A stretch of DNA of 64,000 nucleotides from Anaerolineae bacterium (GTDB taxonomy: Bacteria; Chloroflexota; Anaerolineae; E26-bin7): assembly GCA_041862415.1 (NCBI GenBank), contig JBGVTF010000248.1, positions 3,690-67,689 on the forward strand, read 5' to 3'. The position numbers and the translations under genes are program-made. Under the pieces are notes generated by a model. That model worked only from the letters and a program-made list of their open reading frames with translations. It had not been told where the DNA came from and did no database searches. Positions 1-9,973 of the stretch are shown one piece after another (the stretch's first letter is position 1; each line of letters opens with the position of its first letter).

Positions 1-1662
1 CACCCCCAATCGGCCATGTACGTCTTCTACGTCTCGGCCATTTACTTCGCTTTTCGGGTCTACACCAACAGAGTGCGGTGGCAGCCAGCGGTGATGGCCT
101 TCGGGCTCTTTGCTCTGCTCGGTTTCGGCCTGGCTGCTGCGCAACTCCTGCCCAGTCTGGAATATATGCGCCTCTCCTCGCGAGCGCAGGCCAATTACAG
201 CGAGATGTCGGGCGGTTTCCCCCGCCAGGACCCCATCCAGTTGCTCCTGCCTGGTTCCGTCAGCATCATGTCGCCCCTGTACGTCGGCATTCTCCCCCTT
301 TTCCTGGCCTGTTTGGCCCCCCTCCTGAAGAGAAACCGGTACGAAAGTGTTCGTAGTGGCGGCTTCGGCCGCGAGGTGATCTTCTGGGCCTGTCTGGCCC
401 TCGGGGCGCTGCTCCTCTCCTTTGGGGGCAACACTTTCACCTACAGCCTTTTCTACCTTTTCGCGCCCGGCTTTGCTCTTTTCCGCTCTCAGGAGCGGGC
501 TGCTTTCGTCTTCAGCTTTTCCCTGGCCCTCTTGGCAGGCTATGGGGTGCGGTTGCTGATCCAGGCCATGCCTAAACCAGTCAAGGCCCGCTTCCGTGGT
601 TTCTACCGCTTCTTGATGTACCTGGGCTGGGGCGCTTTGGGTCTGGTGCTCCTCACCTTCTACGGTTTTGTGGACACCGGGCAGGTGACGGGCAGCGCCT
701 TCAGCGATGCCCTGGAACGCAGTATCCTGCTGGTGATTCTCCTGACTCTCAGCCTGGGCCTCCTCTACCTGCGACTGCGGCGCATTGTCAGAGAGCGGCT
801 CTTGGTGGGCCTTTTCGTCGTCCTGATCGTCTTCGACCTCTTCACCGTCAACTGGGATAACAACTTTCAGGAAACGCGGCCTGAAGAACAATACGGTCCC
901 ACGCTGCTGACCCAGATCTTGCAGGGCGACGAGGAGGTCTTCCGCGTCTACAATGAGTGGCGTCTGCCTGGCAACTATGGCTGCGTCTATGGCCTGGAGG
1001 ACATCTGGGGGGCGAGCCCCCTTTACGTGGGACGATATGAGGAACTGGTCTACAAGCTGCCCACTGAGCGGGTGTGGCAACTGCTGAACGTCAAATACGT
1101 CATCACCTGGCGCAAAGTGTTGGTCCCCGAGACGGAAGTGCTCTACGAAGAGCCCAAGGGGTTGGACAAGACCTATTTACATCGCCTCGATGAATACTGG
1201 CCCCGCGCCTTTGTCGTCCATCAGGTCGAGGTGATCGAGGACGGCGAGCAAGTTCTGGAGCGTCTAGGGGAGCCAGAGTTCGACCCCCGGCGGGTGGCCA
1301 TCCTGCCGCACAGTCCCGACCTGGCCCTGCCATCCCAGGTGGAAGGCGAATCACCGGTCGTGATCCTGGAGCGCCAGCCAGAGCGGATGGTGCTGGAAGT
1401 GGACATGGCCGCCGATGGGCTGCTGGTTCTGAGTGAGGTCTACTATCCCGGCTGGCGGGCCTACGCCGACGGGGAGGAAGTGCCCATCTACCGGGCTGAC
1501 CACGTGCTGCGGGCCATGCCGCTGAGGGCGGGACACCACCGGGTGGAGATGGTCTTTGACCCGTTGTGGCCCAAGGTGGGTCTGGCTGTCTCGGGCGTTA
1601 CCCTGCTCCTGGCAGCAGTCTTGATCGCTGTGGCTATGGCCAGACGCAAGGCGAAAGGTTGA
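1..1662 (+). CDS. YfhO-like polytopic membrane protein, 5' end outside window
   Basis: The frame of ORF 16..1662 is open back to base 1, so the true start lies upstream of the window. There are many hydrophobic helices. The C-terminal LSEVYYPGWRAYADGEEVPIYRADHVLRAMPLRAGHHRVEMVF resembles the conserved tail of YfhO-type membrane proteins. Confidence 0.55.
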   Translation, partial: HPQSAMYVFYVSAIYFAFRVYTNRVRWQPAVMAFGLFALLGFGLAAAQLLPSLEYMRLSSRAQANYSEMSGGFPRQDPIQLLLPGSVSIMSPLYVGILPLFLACLAPLLKRNRYESVRSGGFGREVIFWACLALGALLLSFGGNTFTYSLFYLFAPGFALFRSQERAAFVFSFSLALLAGYGVRLLIQAMPKPVKARFRGFYRFLMYLGWGALGLVLLTFYGFVDTGQVTGSAFSDALERSILLVILLTLSLGLLYLRLRRIVRERLLVGLFVVLIVFDLFTVNWDNNFQETRPEEQYGPTLLTQILQGDEEVFRVYNEWRLPGNYGCVYGLEDIWGASPLYVGRYEELVYKLPTERVWQLLNVKYVITWRKVLVPETEVLYEEPKGLDKTYLHRLDEYWPRAFVVHQVEVIEDGEQVLERLGEPEFDPRRVAILPHSPDLALPSQVEGESPVVILERQPERMVLEVDMAADGLLVLSEVYYPGWRAYADGEEVPIYRADHVLRAMPLRAGHHRVEMVFDPLWPKVGLAVSGVTLLLAAVLIAVAMARRKAKG

Positions 1663-1732
1663 GTAGGGAGACAGCAATAAAATAATGGTGACTATCTGGC
1701 CGTAAAGTTGTCTCTGTTCAGGAGGTTGAGCC

Positions 1733-2968
1733 ATGAATGGAAATGAAGCCAGACACCTGCAAGAATTGATCAGAGCCAAGAAAGACCGACTCCACCAGTT
1801 GGAGCTCAAGGAGGCCATGTTCGGATTGGACATTCCGCCCCACGTCCCCATTGAGATTGAGAAACTGCGCGGCGAGATTGCAGGTCTACAGGCTCAGCTA
1901 GCCGCGTTAGAGAAGGAGCAAAAGGCGGCTTCCCGACTTGAGGAGGCAAGGAGACAAGTGCCTGCTCCAGCCAGACCACGGCGGCCAATAAATTGGGAGA
2001 AGGTGGGGGCCATAGCCGGAGCGATGGCTTTGCTCATCGCTTTGGGTACATGGTTAGTGCCCAATGCGGCCGACTTCTTTTCCGCCTGGCTATCCGAGAC
2101 TCCTGCTGTGACACCAACCAGTAGCCCGACGCATACGCCTGTCATTTCCGCTGCCACGCCAGTGCCGCCAACTGATACGCCTACACCCATCCCACCCACA
2201 CCTGCGCCGGTGCTTCCAACCGAGACGCCGATTCCCTCTGCTCCGCCGGGCATGGTTCTGGTGCCTGCAGGCGAGTTCATCATGGGCTCCAGTGACAGCG
2301 ACCCAGATGCCGCTGATGATGAGAAGCCGCAGCACACGGTCTATCTGGACGCCTTTTACATTGATAAGTATGAGGTGACCAACGCCCAATACCGGGCATG
2401 TGTGGAGGCAGGCACATGTGCCGCGCCCGCGGATACCACCGACTATGACCATGCCGACTATGCCCAACACCCGGTGGTTTACGTGAGTTGGAACGACGCC
2501 GATACCTATTGCCGATGGGCGGGCAAGCGGCTGCCCACCGAGGCCGAGTGGGAAAAGGCGGCGCGGGGCATGGATGGGTGGATTTACCCATGGGGGAACG
2601 CCTTCGATGGGGGAAAATTGAACTTCTGCGACGCCAACTGCACATATGACTGGAAGGATGCATCGGCCAACGATGGCTATGCCGCAACTGCACCAGTGGG
2701 CAGGTTCCCAGCCGGGGCCAGTCCGTATGGGGCGCTGGACATGGCGGGCAACGTGTGGGAGTGGGTGGCCGACTGGTACGATTCAGGCTATTACAGCCAA
2801 TCGCCTGGGCGTAATCCACCCGGTCCCGATTCCGGGGAAGATCGGGTGCTGCGTGGCACTTCGTGGCTCAACAATCAGTGGGGTGCCCGCTGCACTGCCC
2901 GCTACAGGGACCTTCCCAGGCTCAGGAGCATCGTCGTGGGGTTTCGTTGCGTCAGGGGTTCTCCATAG
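1733..2968 (+). CDS. FGE-sulfatase (SUMF1/EgtB/PvdO-type) domain protein anchored by coiled coil + TM helix + Pro/Thr linker
   Basis: Motifs [58 protein letters not shown] and RVLRGTSW are the signature of this fold. The N-terminal segment is heptad-like, followed by the TM helix [17 protein letters not shown] and a PT-rich linker. Confidence 0.85.
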   Translation: MNGNEARHLQELIRAKKDRLHQLELKEAMFGLDIPPHVPIEIEKLRGEIAGLQAQLAALEKEQKAASRLEEARRQVPAPARPRRPINWEKVGAIAGAMALLIALGTWLVPNAADFFSAWLSETPAVTPTSSPTHTPVISAATPVPPTDTPTPIPPTPAPVLPTETPIPSAPPGMVLVPAGEFIMGSSDSDPDAADDEKPQHTVYLDAFYIDKYEVTNAQYRACVEAGTCAAPADTTDYDHADYAQHPVVYVSWNDADTYCRWAGKRLPTEAEWEKAARGMDGWIYPWGNAFDGGKLNFCDANCTYDWKDASANDGYAATAPVGRFPAGASPYGALDMAGNVWEWVADWYDSGYYSQSPGRNPPGPDSGEDRVLRGTSWLNNQWGARCTARYRDLPRLRSIVVGFRCVRGSP

Positions 2969-3022
2969 TGCTCCCTGTCCACTGTCCTCTGCTAACTGCT
3001 AACTAACCTTGAATCCCGCCGG

Positions 3023-3061
3023 CCTGTCCTGCCTGCCCTGAGCAAAGTCGAAGGGGTCTCG
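3023..3061. repeat. Copy of dispersed REP-like repeat family (CCTGAGC / GTCGAAGGG type)
   Basis: cctgtcctgcctgccctgagcaaagtcgaaggggtctcg closely matches the repeats at 37778-37900 and 19015-19192. Confidence 0.6.
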
Positions 3062-3240
3062 TTCTCTGCTGGCAGGGTGATTTGTCTGCCAGAAAGGAGA
3101 TTCTTCCCTTCGTGGTAAAGATCAACGTGCTGGGAAAAGTGTCCGGTAGTGAGTTTTCGCATAGTACTGTGAACTGGCCCCGGAATGCTTAAATTCGCTT
3201 CAAAATAACCCCAATTTTCCTTGTTATGTTGACTAAGGTA

Positions 3241-3269
3241 TTGAAATTTGATCAATTATGGTGTATAAT
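3241..3269 (+). promoter_or_regulatory. Sigma-70-type promoter for the first LysM gene
   Basis: TTGAAA (3241-3246), a 17-nt spacer, then TATAAT (3264-3269), about 95 nt upstream of ATG 3365. Confidence 0.65.
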
Positions 3270-3364
3270 AGGGGTATCTGACGTGGGTGTCTTGCTCCAC
3301 AGATCAAAAGGGGAGCCAACGCACCCACAAATGCACTCGCCTTTGGCAAAGGAGGACATCGGTT

Positions 3365-3754
3365 ATGAAGAGAATGACGATCATCTTGGCAGCCGTTTTG
3401 ATCCTAGGGTTGCTGACGACGGCTGTCAGCTATGCAGCCCCGCCCGCCTACGGGCCAATCTACCACTGTGTCAGGTATGGCGAGACTTTGTCCTCTATTG
3501 GACGTTTGTATGGGGTCAACCCCTACGCCATTGCCCGCGCCAACGGCCTCTGGAACCCTAACCGTATCTACGCCGGTCAGGTACTTCTCATCCCAGCCTG
3601 CTGTTCCTACGCCCGCATCCACATCGTCGCCTACGGTGAGACCCTCTTGTCCATAGCCAGGTGGTATGGGGTGAGTGCCTGGTCCATCGCCCAGGCCAAT
3701 GGCATTTGGAACCTCAACTGCATCTATGCTGGCCAGCGCCTGGTCATACCCTGA
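3365..3754 (+). CDS. Secreted protein with two LysM domains
   Basis: ATG 3365 is preceded by AAGGAGG, and the longer track ORF starts at 3287. It has a signal-like MKRMTIILAAVLILGLLTTAVSYA and two LysM repeats (YHCVRYGETLSSIGRLYGVNPYAIARANGL...; HIVAYGETLLSIARWYGVSAWSIAQANGI...). Confidence 0.85.
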   Translation: MKRMTIILAAVLILGLLTTAVSYAAPPAYGPIYHCVRYGETLSSIGRLYGVNPYAIARANGLWNPNRIYAGQVLLIPACCSYARIHIVAYGETLLSIARWYGVSAWSIAQANGIWNLNCIYAGQRLVIP

Positions 3755-3855
3755 CCGTTAGATTGCACTCTGATCGGCCTGCCAATGGCAGTGGCCTTGC
3801 TGGTGAGGTTAACCAGAATCTGCTGCCTGCACTTTGAACCACAAGGAGGGCACAA

Positions 3856-4209
3856 ATGAAAGGGAGAATCTGGAAGAAAGTGATGCTGCTGGTGGTCTGT
3901 CTGCTGGTGGCTCAACTGGTCATCGGGACGGCCACCGCGGCGGCGGCTCCGCCCACCTGGGGGCCAATCTACCACTACGTCAGATATGGGGAGACTTTGT
4001 CCTCGATTGGGCGCTTGTACGGGGTCAATCCCTACGCCATCGCCCGCGCCAACGGCCTTGCGAACCCGAACTGTATCTACGCTGGCCAGGTGCTTCTCAT
4101 TCCAAGCGGCTACTCTCCCTGCTACCGTCCTTGCTACTCCTCCTACCCTTGCTATTCCTCCTGCTACCCATACTACTATTGCTGGTCGTCCTGCTATCTC
4201 GATCCCTAA
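3856..4209 (+). CDS. Secreted single-LysM protein with Cys/Tyr-rich C-terminal tail
   Basis: An AAGGAGG RBS precedes the start. It has the signal peptide MKGRIWKKVMLLVVCLLVAQLVIGTATA and a LysM domain nearly identical to the first LysM of 3365..3754. The tail is SGYSPCYRPCYSSYPCYSSCYPYYYCWSSCYLDP. Confidence 0.8.
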   Translation: MKGRIWKKVMLLVVCLLVAQLVIGTATAAAAPPTWGPIYHYVRYGETLSSIGRLYGVNPYAIARANGLANPNCIYAGQVLLIPSGYSPCYRPCYSSYPCYSSCYPYYYCWSSCYLDP

Positions 4210-4731
4210 TAGTAGATAAAACGCGGGATACCGTGGGGGAAAGACCGGGGACGGTCGTCTCAACCTGAAATCGAGTCTGGGCTCTGCGAAGACGCATGAG
4301 AAAGAGGTTTGAAGGGCTGCTTCTGGCAGTTCTGCAAGCCCCTTTTCATATTCCTGCATCCGAAGGGAGCTCGAGCCTCCGCTATGTCGCACCCTTGCAA
4401 TTGCCGTATACAAGAATTTTGATGACTCTGCTCGGTCTGGTGGTCGCATGGCGTGTCTTGGTGGCAGCTTTGCTTTTGGCATAGGGGAAATAGCAAAGGC
4501 CGTATCATTCGTGTGGTACGGCCTTTGTGCGTCGCCTTACAATTCTTGACATGGTTCACGGTTGGTCAAAACACCTTGACAATTTGCTCTCGCTCCCGCC
4601 GGATCGCCAGATCCCGCACCAGCGATGACTATACTGCGTTACCCTGTGAACCATGCCCAATTCTTGTTGTCAAATGGCGACATGGAGGCGCTCCCAAGGG
4701 AACTCGGGCCACTGGCGCTGCTTGTGGTGTC

Positions 4732-5388
4732 TCAGGGGGTTGTAGGAGGGCCTGCCGGGGTCTTTACTGCGGTCGGCGGTGTGTCCGTGGCCGTGGGCGT
4801 GTCAGTGGGTGTGCTCGTGGCCGTGGGCGTGGTGGGGGTAGCGGTCGGCGAACTGGTTTCTGTAGGCGTGGCCGTGCCCGTCGCCGTGGCCGTGTCTGTG
4901 GGTGTAGCGGTGAGCGAGGCCGTGGGGGTGGGCGTGTCGGTGGCCGTGCTCGTGGCTGTGGGCGTGGCCGTGGGAGGCACGGTGCCTGTAGCAGTAGGTG
5001 TAGCGGTCAGTTCTGTGGTCGGGGTGTCAGTAATGGGCGGGGTTGTCGTGTCGGTAGGTGAAGGCAGAGACGTCGGGGTGTGGGTAGCCGTGGGCTGCGG
5101 CAGCGTCGGCGAAGGCCACGACTGGGTCGGTGTGGGCTGCAAAGTGGAAGTCGGTGACTCGAGGGCCGTGGGCGAGAGAGGCGGCCAGGTAGGCGCTGCC
5201 CCGGTGGAAGGCAGGGGTGTGGTGGGCACCGGGGGAGCGAGGGCCAAAGCCCCCAGGCCCAGGCAATAGCAAGGCACAGTCAAAATGATGATGGCACTGA
5301 GTAGCCCATAGGTCGTCCTCTGTTCGTCTGACAGAACGGCGTACCAGGCTGCCAGCTTCTCCAACACGATCCTCTCTCCCTCTGACAA
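4732..5388 (-). CDS. Membrane-anchored Pro/Thr-rich low-complexity protein with no globular domain
   Basis: The ORF has one TM helix ([23 protein letters not shown]) followed by about 170 aa of T/P/A repeats. The plus-strand ORFs over the same DNA are Gly/Val/Arg shadow frames. Confidence 0.45.
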   Translation of the reverse strand: MSEGERIVLEKLAAWYAVLSDEQRTTYGLLSAIIILTVPCYCLGLGALALAPPVPTTPLPSTGAAPTWPPLSPTALESPTSTLQPTPTQSWPSPTLPQPTATHTPTSLPSPTDTTTPPITDTPTTELTATPTATGTVPPTATPTATSTATDTPTPTASLTATPTDTATATGTATPTETSSPTATPTTPTATSTPTDTPTATDTPPTAVKTPAGPPTTP

Positions 5389-5398
5389 ACATAGCGTA

Positions 5399-5427
5399 TG
5401 AAAAAGGGACGCCCCTATCAGCGTCCC
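5399..5427 (-). terminator. Rho-independent terminator of the 5452..5745 gene
   Basis: A 7-bp stem GGGACGC/GCGTCCC (5406-5412 / 5421-5427) is followed on the minus strand by a T5 tract (plus-strand AAAAA at 5401-5405). Confidence 0.7.
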
Positions 5428-5451
5428 ACCTCTGTTTTTATCCTCTCAGGT

Positions 5452-5745
5452 TCACAGGGCTTCCAGGGCCTCGATGATGGCCTCTCGGGTTGCCTCCAAA
5501 TAATCCAACTCCAGCAAATTGTCCCAGAGATTTTCTGTACTCTCCTCTCCCCAATACAAATGCTGCCAATCCTCTTCCGTATTCGCGTATTGTTGCGAGA
5601 GGAAAGAAATACGGGCCTCCAGGTGCCGTAACCGGTTTTGCAAATAGACCCTGAGGCTATCTTTTTTCAGGTGCTCAACATCTACGTCTGGCAGCGAAGC
5701 GAGAATGTAGTAGATGGGATCAAGGCCCCGGATCGCTCTGGCCAT
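5452..5745 (-). CDS. Hypothetical helical protein (97 aa)
   Basis: Clean ORF with its own terminator. I recognise no family. Confidence 0.5.
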   Translation of the reverse strand: MARAIRGLDPIYYILASLPDVDVEHLKKDSLRVYLQNRLRHLEARISFLSQQYANTEEDWQHLYWGEESTENLWDNLLELDYLEATREAIIEALEAL

Positions 5746-5943
5746 GTCGTCTCCTTGCCCGATGTTCTGGGATTTTGTTTATGATAGCACCTTTTCAGCC
5801 TGCTGTCAAAATTCCGCTGGTGGGAGTTGGGGGCCAAGCTTCAGGGCCGGCGAAGCAGCCACGGTCAGCAACGCCATGAGGTAGGCCGCCAGGCCGCTGG
5901 CCAAAGTGACGTTGAAACCATAGTTGATTCTCCCCCGAAGGGG

Positions 5944-6543
5944 TCACATCTCCCGCCGTCCTTCCAAAGCCCGCGTCAATGTGACCTCATCAGCGTATTC
6001 CAGATCGCCCCCCACGGGCAGTCCCCGTGCCAGGCGGGTGACGCGCAATTCCAAAGGGGCGATGAGACGCGCCACGTACATGGCTGTGGCCTCGCCCTCA
6101 AGATTAGGATTGGTGGCCAGGAGGACTTCTTTCACCGGTTCGACCTTCAGTCGCACCAGCAGTTCGTGTATCTTGAGTTCGTCAGGACCGATGCCTTCCA
6201 CAGGTGAGATGGCTCCATGCAAAACGTGATAGAGGCCCCTGTACTCTCGCGTGCGCTCTATGGCCAGCACGTCCAGGGGCTCCTCGACCACACAGATGAT
6301 GGAACGGTCGCGGCCTTTATCATTACAGATGGGGCAGGGACTGGCCTCGGCGATGTTGAAACAGATGGTGCAAAAGACCGTCCGCTCCCTGAGCTCCCGC
6401 AGGGCATCGGCCAGGTCCAGGGCCTGCTCCTTGGGCGCACGCAGCAAATAGAAGGTGAGCCGCGAGGCCGTCTTGGGGCCAATGCCTGGTAAACGGCTGA
6501 ATTCGTCAATCAGTCTGGCCACAGGCTCAGCGATGGTTCGCAC
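5944..6543 (-). CDS. recR: Recombination protein RecR
   Basis: Contains the HhH motif LPGIGPKTASRL, the zinc finger CTICFNIAEASPCPIC and a Toprim domain (IICVVEEPLDV...ATNPNLEGEATAMY). Confidence 0.95.
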   Translation of the reverse strand: MRTIAEPVARLIDEFSRLPGIGPKTASRLTFYLLRAPKEQALDLADALRELRERTVFCTICFNIAEASPCPICNDKGRDRSIICVVEEPLDVLAIERTREYRGLYHVLHGAISPVEGIGPDELKIHELLVRLKVEPVKEVLLATNPNLEGEATAMYVARLIAPLELRVTRLARGLPVGGDLEYADEVTLTRALEGRREM

Positions 6544-6554
6544 TGCACCCCTCT

Positions 6555-6908
6555 CTACGTCAGGCCGGGGATGCTCAGGCCGCCGGTCAGAGCCCCCAGC
6601 CGGTCGGCAGCCAGTTGTTGCGACTTGTCAATGGCCTCGTTGACGGCAGCCATGACCAGGTCCTGGAGCATCTCCACATCGTCGGGGGCCACGACCTCGG
6701 GTTCAATGGTGATGGATTGGATTTTCTGGTGGCCACTGATGACGACGGTAATGGCCCCGCCCCCGGCGGTGACAGTGACCGTCTCGTCGCCTAAGGCTTC
6801 CTGAGTTTGGACCATCTCCTCTTGCAGCTTCTGCAGTTGCTGGAGCATGGCCCCACCGCCGCCCCCAGGTGCCCTCATATATCCTTTTCTTCCTTTGCCT
6901 TTGCTCAC
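6555..6908 (-). CDS. ybaB: YbaB/EbfC nucleoid-associated protein
   Basis: The pattern LQQLQKLQEEMVQTQEAL...VTVTAGGGAITVVISGHQKIQSITIEPEVV..DDVEMLQDLVMAAVNEAI fits the family, as does its position between dnaX and recR. Confidence 0.9.
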   Translation of the reverse strand: MSKGKGRKGYMRAPGGGGGAMLQQLQKLQEEMVQTQEALGDETVTVTAGGGAITVVISGHQKIQSITIEPEVVAPDDVEMLQDLVMAAVNEAIDKSQQLAADRLGALTGGLSIPGLT

Positions 6909-6976
6909 GTTACAACCTGGTCCCTGAACCTACTTTTGCAGTTGTCGGGCTCAGGAACACCCTCCTTTCCCTTTTG

Positions 6977-8704
6977 TCACTGAACATCCACCACTTGCGC
7001 CCCGTACTTGTCCACAGCCGCTCTGACCACGGGGTCCTCGGCGATGGCCCGGTATTTATCCTCTTTCGTTTCTCTGTCCTTTCCATCCCCTGCCGCTGGT
7101 TCTGGTCGGGGTGTCTTCGGAGGTTGACGGGCGGTTGAGTTGCCTTTGGATACGAGTGTGCATTTGATGCGACAGGGATTGCCCAGTACCTGGCTGAAAA
7201 CTTGTTCCATCAGGGCCTGGCACTTGGGCTCTTCGACCCGCTCTTTGTGAAAGGCGTAGGGGAAAGCCAGGACCACGACGTTGCCTTCCACCGCCTCCGC
7301 GCGGCCGGATCGGAGCAGAGCCTCAGCCGACCGGTTGTGGGGCCTTATCTCGGACAGGATCCGGGCCCAGTTCAGGCGTACTTGCTCCAATGTTACCCCG
7401 GAAGCTGGTGGAGCGTCCCTGACTGCCGGAGTTTCCTCGGCAGAGGAGGGCTGCGGACTGGTATCCACGGCGACAGCTTGGGTCGTCCTGCTACCTGCCG
7501 CCGCAGCCTGGCTTTCCTGGAGAACGGTGGGCGAGGTGGCGGATGGAGGAGAGGCCGCTGTCACCTCCTGGCCTGCCCCCTGTTGCGCTTCTGAAACCGG
7601 CTCACTCTCTTTGCCTGAATTCTCACGCAGAGTGGCCTCGATGAAAGCCAGTTCCAGGGGCAACTGGGGCTGCAGGCTGGCCTTGAGGTCGAGGCCGGCT
7701 TGATTGAAGAGTCTCACCGTTCTGAGCAAGGCTTTGGTTGAGAGCTGCTGGGCCTGGTTCTCCATCTCTGCCAGGACCTCGGCGGTGATGTTGAGGAGGC
7801 TCGCTCCATTGCCAGCCTTGATCAGCAACAACCCCCGCAGGTACTCTACCAGTTCGCGGTTGAACTGGCGGGGGTCCACCCCATCGCCGACCACCTGGTT
7901 GATAAGATCGAGTCCACCAGCCACGTCCCGTTTCACCAGGTGATCCACCAGCTTTCCAATGGCCTGGGAAGAGACGGTCCCCAGCACGGCCTGCACCTGG
8001 GCCAGAGTGATCTCCTCGTCCCCGTAGGACGCCAGTTGATCCAACAGGCTCTCAGCGTCGCGGAAACTTCCAGTTGCGCTGCGGGCGATCAACTCCAGGG
8101 CAGCCGCCTCGACGGCGATCCCCTCTGACTCACAGATGAGGTTCAGCTTGCGGCGCAGGTCCTCCAGGGAGGCACGCCGGAAGTCGAATCGCTGGCAGCG
8201 GGAGAGGATAGTGGCCGGGATCTTGTGAGGTTCGGTGGTGGCCAGGACAAAGATGACGTGAGGTGGTGGCTCCTCCAGGGTCTTCAGGAGGGCGTTGAAG
8301 GCTTCGTTGGTGAGCATGTGGCTCTCATCTATGACGTAGACTTTGTACTGGGCTTCGTTAGGGCGAAAGCCCACCTTCTCGCGTAGGTCCCGGATTTCAT
8401 CAATGCCCCGGTTGGAAGCGGCGTCAATTTCAATCAAGTCCAGCAGGCGTCCCTCGTTGATAGCCTGACAGATGGAACATTGGTTGCAGGGTTTCTCGTC
8501 TCCTTCGGAGAGGCAGTTGACCGCCTTGGCCAGGAGGCGGGCCATGGTCGTCTTGCCCGTGCCGCGAGGTCCGGCAAAGAGGTAGGCGTGGGCGATGCGC
8601 CCGCCCAGCAAAGCGTTCCGCAGGGTGCGCGTCACATGCTCCTGACCGAGCACTTCTTCAAAGGTTTGCGAGCGCCATCGGCGATACAGGGCCTGGGCTG
8701 TCAT
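6977..8704 (-). CDS. dnaX: DNA polymerase III subunit gamma/tau
   Basis: Start is placed at ATG 8704 (GGAGG 5 nt upstream); the track ORF extends to 8749. Contains Walker A GPRGTGKTT, the zinc module CLSEGDEKPCNQCSICQ, DEsHML and the sensor SRCQRF. Confidence 0.93.
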   Translation of the reverse strand: MTAQALYRRWRSQTFEEVLGQEHVTRTLRNALLGGRIAHAYLFAGPRGTGKTTMARLLAKAVNCLSEGDEKPCNQCSICQAINEGRLLDLIEIDAASNRGIDEIRDLREKVGFRPNEAQYKVYVIDESHMLTNEAFNALLKTLEEPPPHVIFVLATTEPHKIPATILSRCQRFDFRRASLEDLRRKLNLICESEGIAVEAAALELIARSATGSFRDAESLLDQLASYGDEEITLAQVQAVLGTVSSQAIGKLVDHLVKRDVAGGLDLINQVVGDGVDPRQFNRELVEYLRGLLLIKAGNGASLLNITAEVLAEMENQAQQLSTKALLRTVRLFNQAGLDLKASLQPQLPLELAFIEATLRENSGKESEPVSEAQQGAGQEVTAASPPSATSPTVLQESQAAAAGSRTTQAVAVDTSPQPSSAEETPAVRDAPPASGVTLEQVRLNWARILSEIRPHNRSAEALLRSGRAEAVEGNVVVLAFPYAFHKERVEEPKCQALMEQVFSQVLGNPCRIKCTLVSKGNSTARQPPKTPRPEPAAGDGKDRETKEDKYRAIAEDPVVRAAVDKYGAQVVDVQ

Positions 8705-8760
8705 AGTCGCCTCCACATTTCTCAACGGGAAAGACCAGTATAGCACCACGGTGAGATTGA

Positions 8761-8835
8761 GGGGTCTGTCATTCTGAGCCGTAGCCCTGAGCGAAGCGAA
8801 GGGCTTCGGCTCACTCCTCAGAGTGACGGGTCTTC
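8761..8835. repeat. REP-like hairpin repeat (GTCATTCTGAGC ... GAGCGAAGCGAAGGG family)
   Basis: Inverted arms ctgtcattctgagc (8766-) and cctcagagtgacgg (-8829) enclose gagcgaagcgaagggcttcggctc. It belongs to the same family as 18083-18272. Confidence 0.65.
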
Positions 8836-8950
8836 AAAATCAGTGGTGTCGGAGTACTAGCCATAGTTTATCACTAATGGCTGATTTAGGCAAGTGTAGT
8901 TGCGAAGCATCCACCTCCGTCCTGTTCGCAAATGCCAAAAGGCTAACCAC

Positions 8951-9925
8951 TCACAGCCAAGCGCTCAGCAGGTAGGGGAAGTGGGGAAGCAAGAGCAGGT
9001 CCAGAAAATTATAACCAGCGTGGACCACAATACAGGCGGTGGTGTTGGTACGGCGGCGCATCAGGCCCAATACCAGGCCAACGACAAAGATTTCGACTAT
9101 GGCTGGGGAGAGGCCATAGTAGGCGTGGCCGACGGCGAAGAGGAGGCTGGTGAACACCAGGCCAAAACGGGGTTGCAAGGCCCCTCGGAAGAGCAGTTCC
9201 TCCCCGATGCCGGCTGAAAGGCCCACAGCCAACGCTGCCAGGGGCGTGGCCAGGTCGCCAAAAAGGTTGGTGGTGATGTCGCCCACCAGGGTGTGGCTGT
9301 CTGGCCAGAGTTGCTGCCAGAGCCAGAGCACGGTGTAGTCGAAGGCCAGGAACAAGAGGATGACGAGGATGGCCAGGCCCCATTGGCGAGTTGTCATCCA
9401 TCCCAGGCCCAGGCGTTCCAGGGTGGCCCTGAGGTCACGGCGCATGAGGAACCCAACGCCGGCCAGGGCCATCAGGGCCAGGGGTAAGGTGGTCGTCAGC
9501 ATGTCCAGTACGGATAGCCTTGCCTCAACTGAGGTCAGCTTTGATAGGTCGCCGATGAGGGCCACCTGGGCCAGGGTCAAACCCACAAAGTAGATGGCGA
9601 AAGCCAAGGCAGTGGTGTGCACACAAGAGGTAGGCTCGATCTTCAGCCAGCGGGCCAGGCCCCGCCGGACGGCCGGGACAAGGGGCAGAGCGGCCAGTAC
9701 GGCAGTGAGCCCTAGGGTGACGGCCAGCCCACCGTAGTTGGCTGGTGGCAAGGGATGGCCAGCCGTCAACAGCGGTGCAAGCATAGCCAGCAGCCCACCG
9801 CCCAACAGGACCAGGTCCAACAGCGCGAGCAGTGCGAAAGTGAGAAAGCGCAGCCCCTTGTTCTCCTCGCCAAGGTTAGCCAGCACGGCCAAACCAAGGA
9901 AAGGCAAGTACAGGTAGAAAGCCAT
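8951..9925 (-). CDS. CPBP-family (CAAX/Abi) intramembrane glutamic protease
   Basis: Contains the motifs GIGEELLFRGAL, FAVGHAYY and VVHAGYNFL. Start is set at ATG 9925 (AAGGAGG upstream), because the track start at 9946 lies inside the predicted -10 box. Confidence 0.85.
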   Translation of the reverse strand: MAFYLYLPFLGLAVLANLGEENKGLRFLTFALLALLDLVLLGGGLLAMLAPLLTAGHPLPPANYGGLAVTLGLTAVLAALPLVPAVRRGLARWLKIEPTSCVHTTALAFAIYFVGLTLAQVALIGDLSKLTSVEARLSVLDMLTTTLPLALMALAGVGFLMRRDLRATLERLGLGWMTTRQWGLAILVILLFLAFDYTVLWLWQQLWPDSHTLVGDITTNLFGDLATPLAALAVGLSAGIGEELLFRGALQPRFGLVFTSLLFAVGHAYYGLSPAIVEIFVVGLVLGLMRRRTNTTACIVVHAGYNFLDLLLLPHFPYLLSAWL

Positions 9926-9944
9926 GAGTCCTCCTTCTGTGAGC

Positions 9945-9973
9945 ATTATAACATCCTACCTGGCTCTTGGCAA
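9945..9973 (-). promoter_or_regulatory. Promoter of the CPBP protease gene
   Basis: On the minus strand: TTGCCA (9973-9968), a 17-nt spacer, then TATAAT (9950-9945). Confidence 0.6.

Noticed and set aside
3270-3364. c-di-AMP (ydaO-type) or other riboswitch in the LysM gene leader
   Set aside because: There is only a simple GTGGGTG/CACCCAC stem. The leader is about 95 nt and lacks the pseudo-two-fold architecture, so I cannot support it.
4453-5269. Plus-strand ORFs 4453..5061 and 4625..5269 (Gly/Arg/Val-rich)
   Set aside because: They are shadow frames of the Pro/Thr-repeat gene on the minus strand. Their low-complexity composition is typical of antisense GC-rich repeats.
5800-5943. Hydrophobic minus-strand reading frame (GFNVTLASGLAAYLMALLTVAASPALKLG) just downstream of recR
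   Set aside because: There is no start codon upstream of the hydrophobic segment and it is very short. It could be a gene remnant, but there is no evidence.
8750-8950. SRP (4.5S/ffs) RNA, which often precedes dnaX
   Set aside because: I could not find the conserved domain IV motifs on either strand. The structured part of this interval is a member of the REP-like hairpin family.
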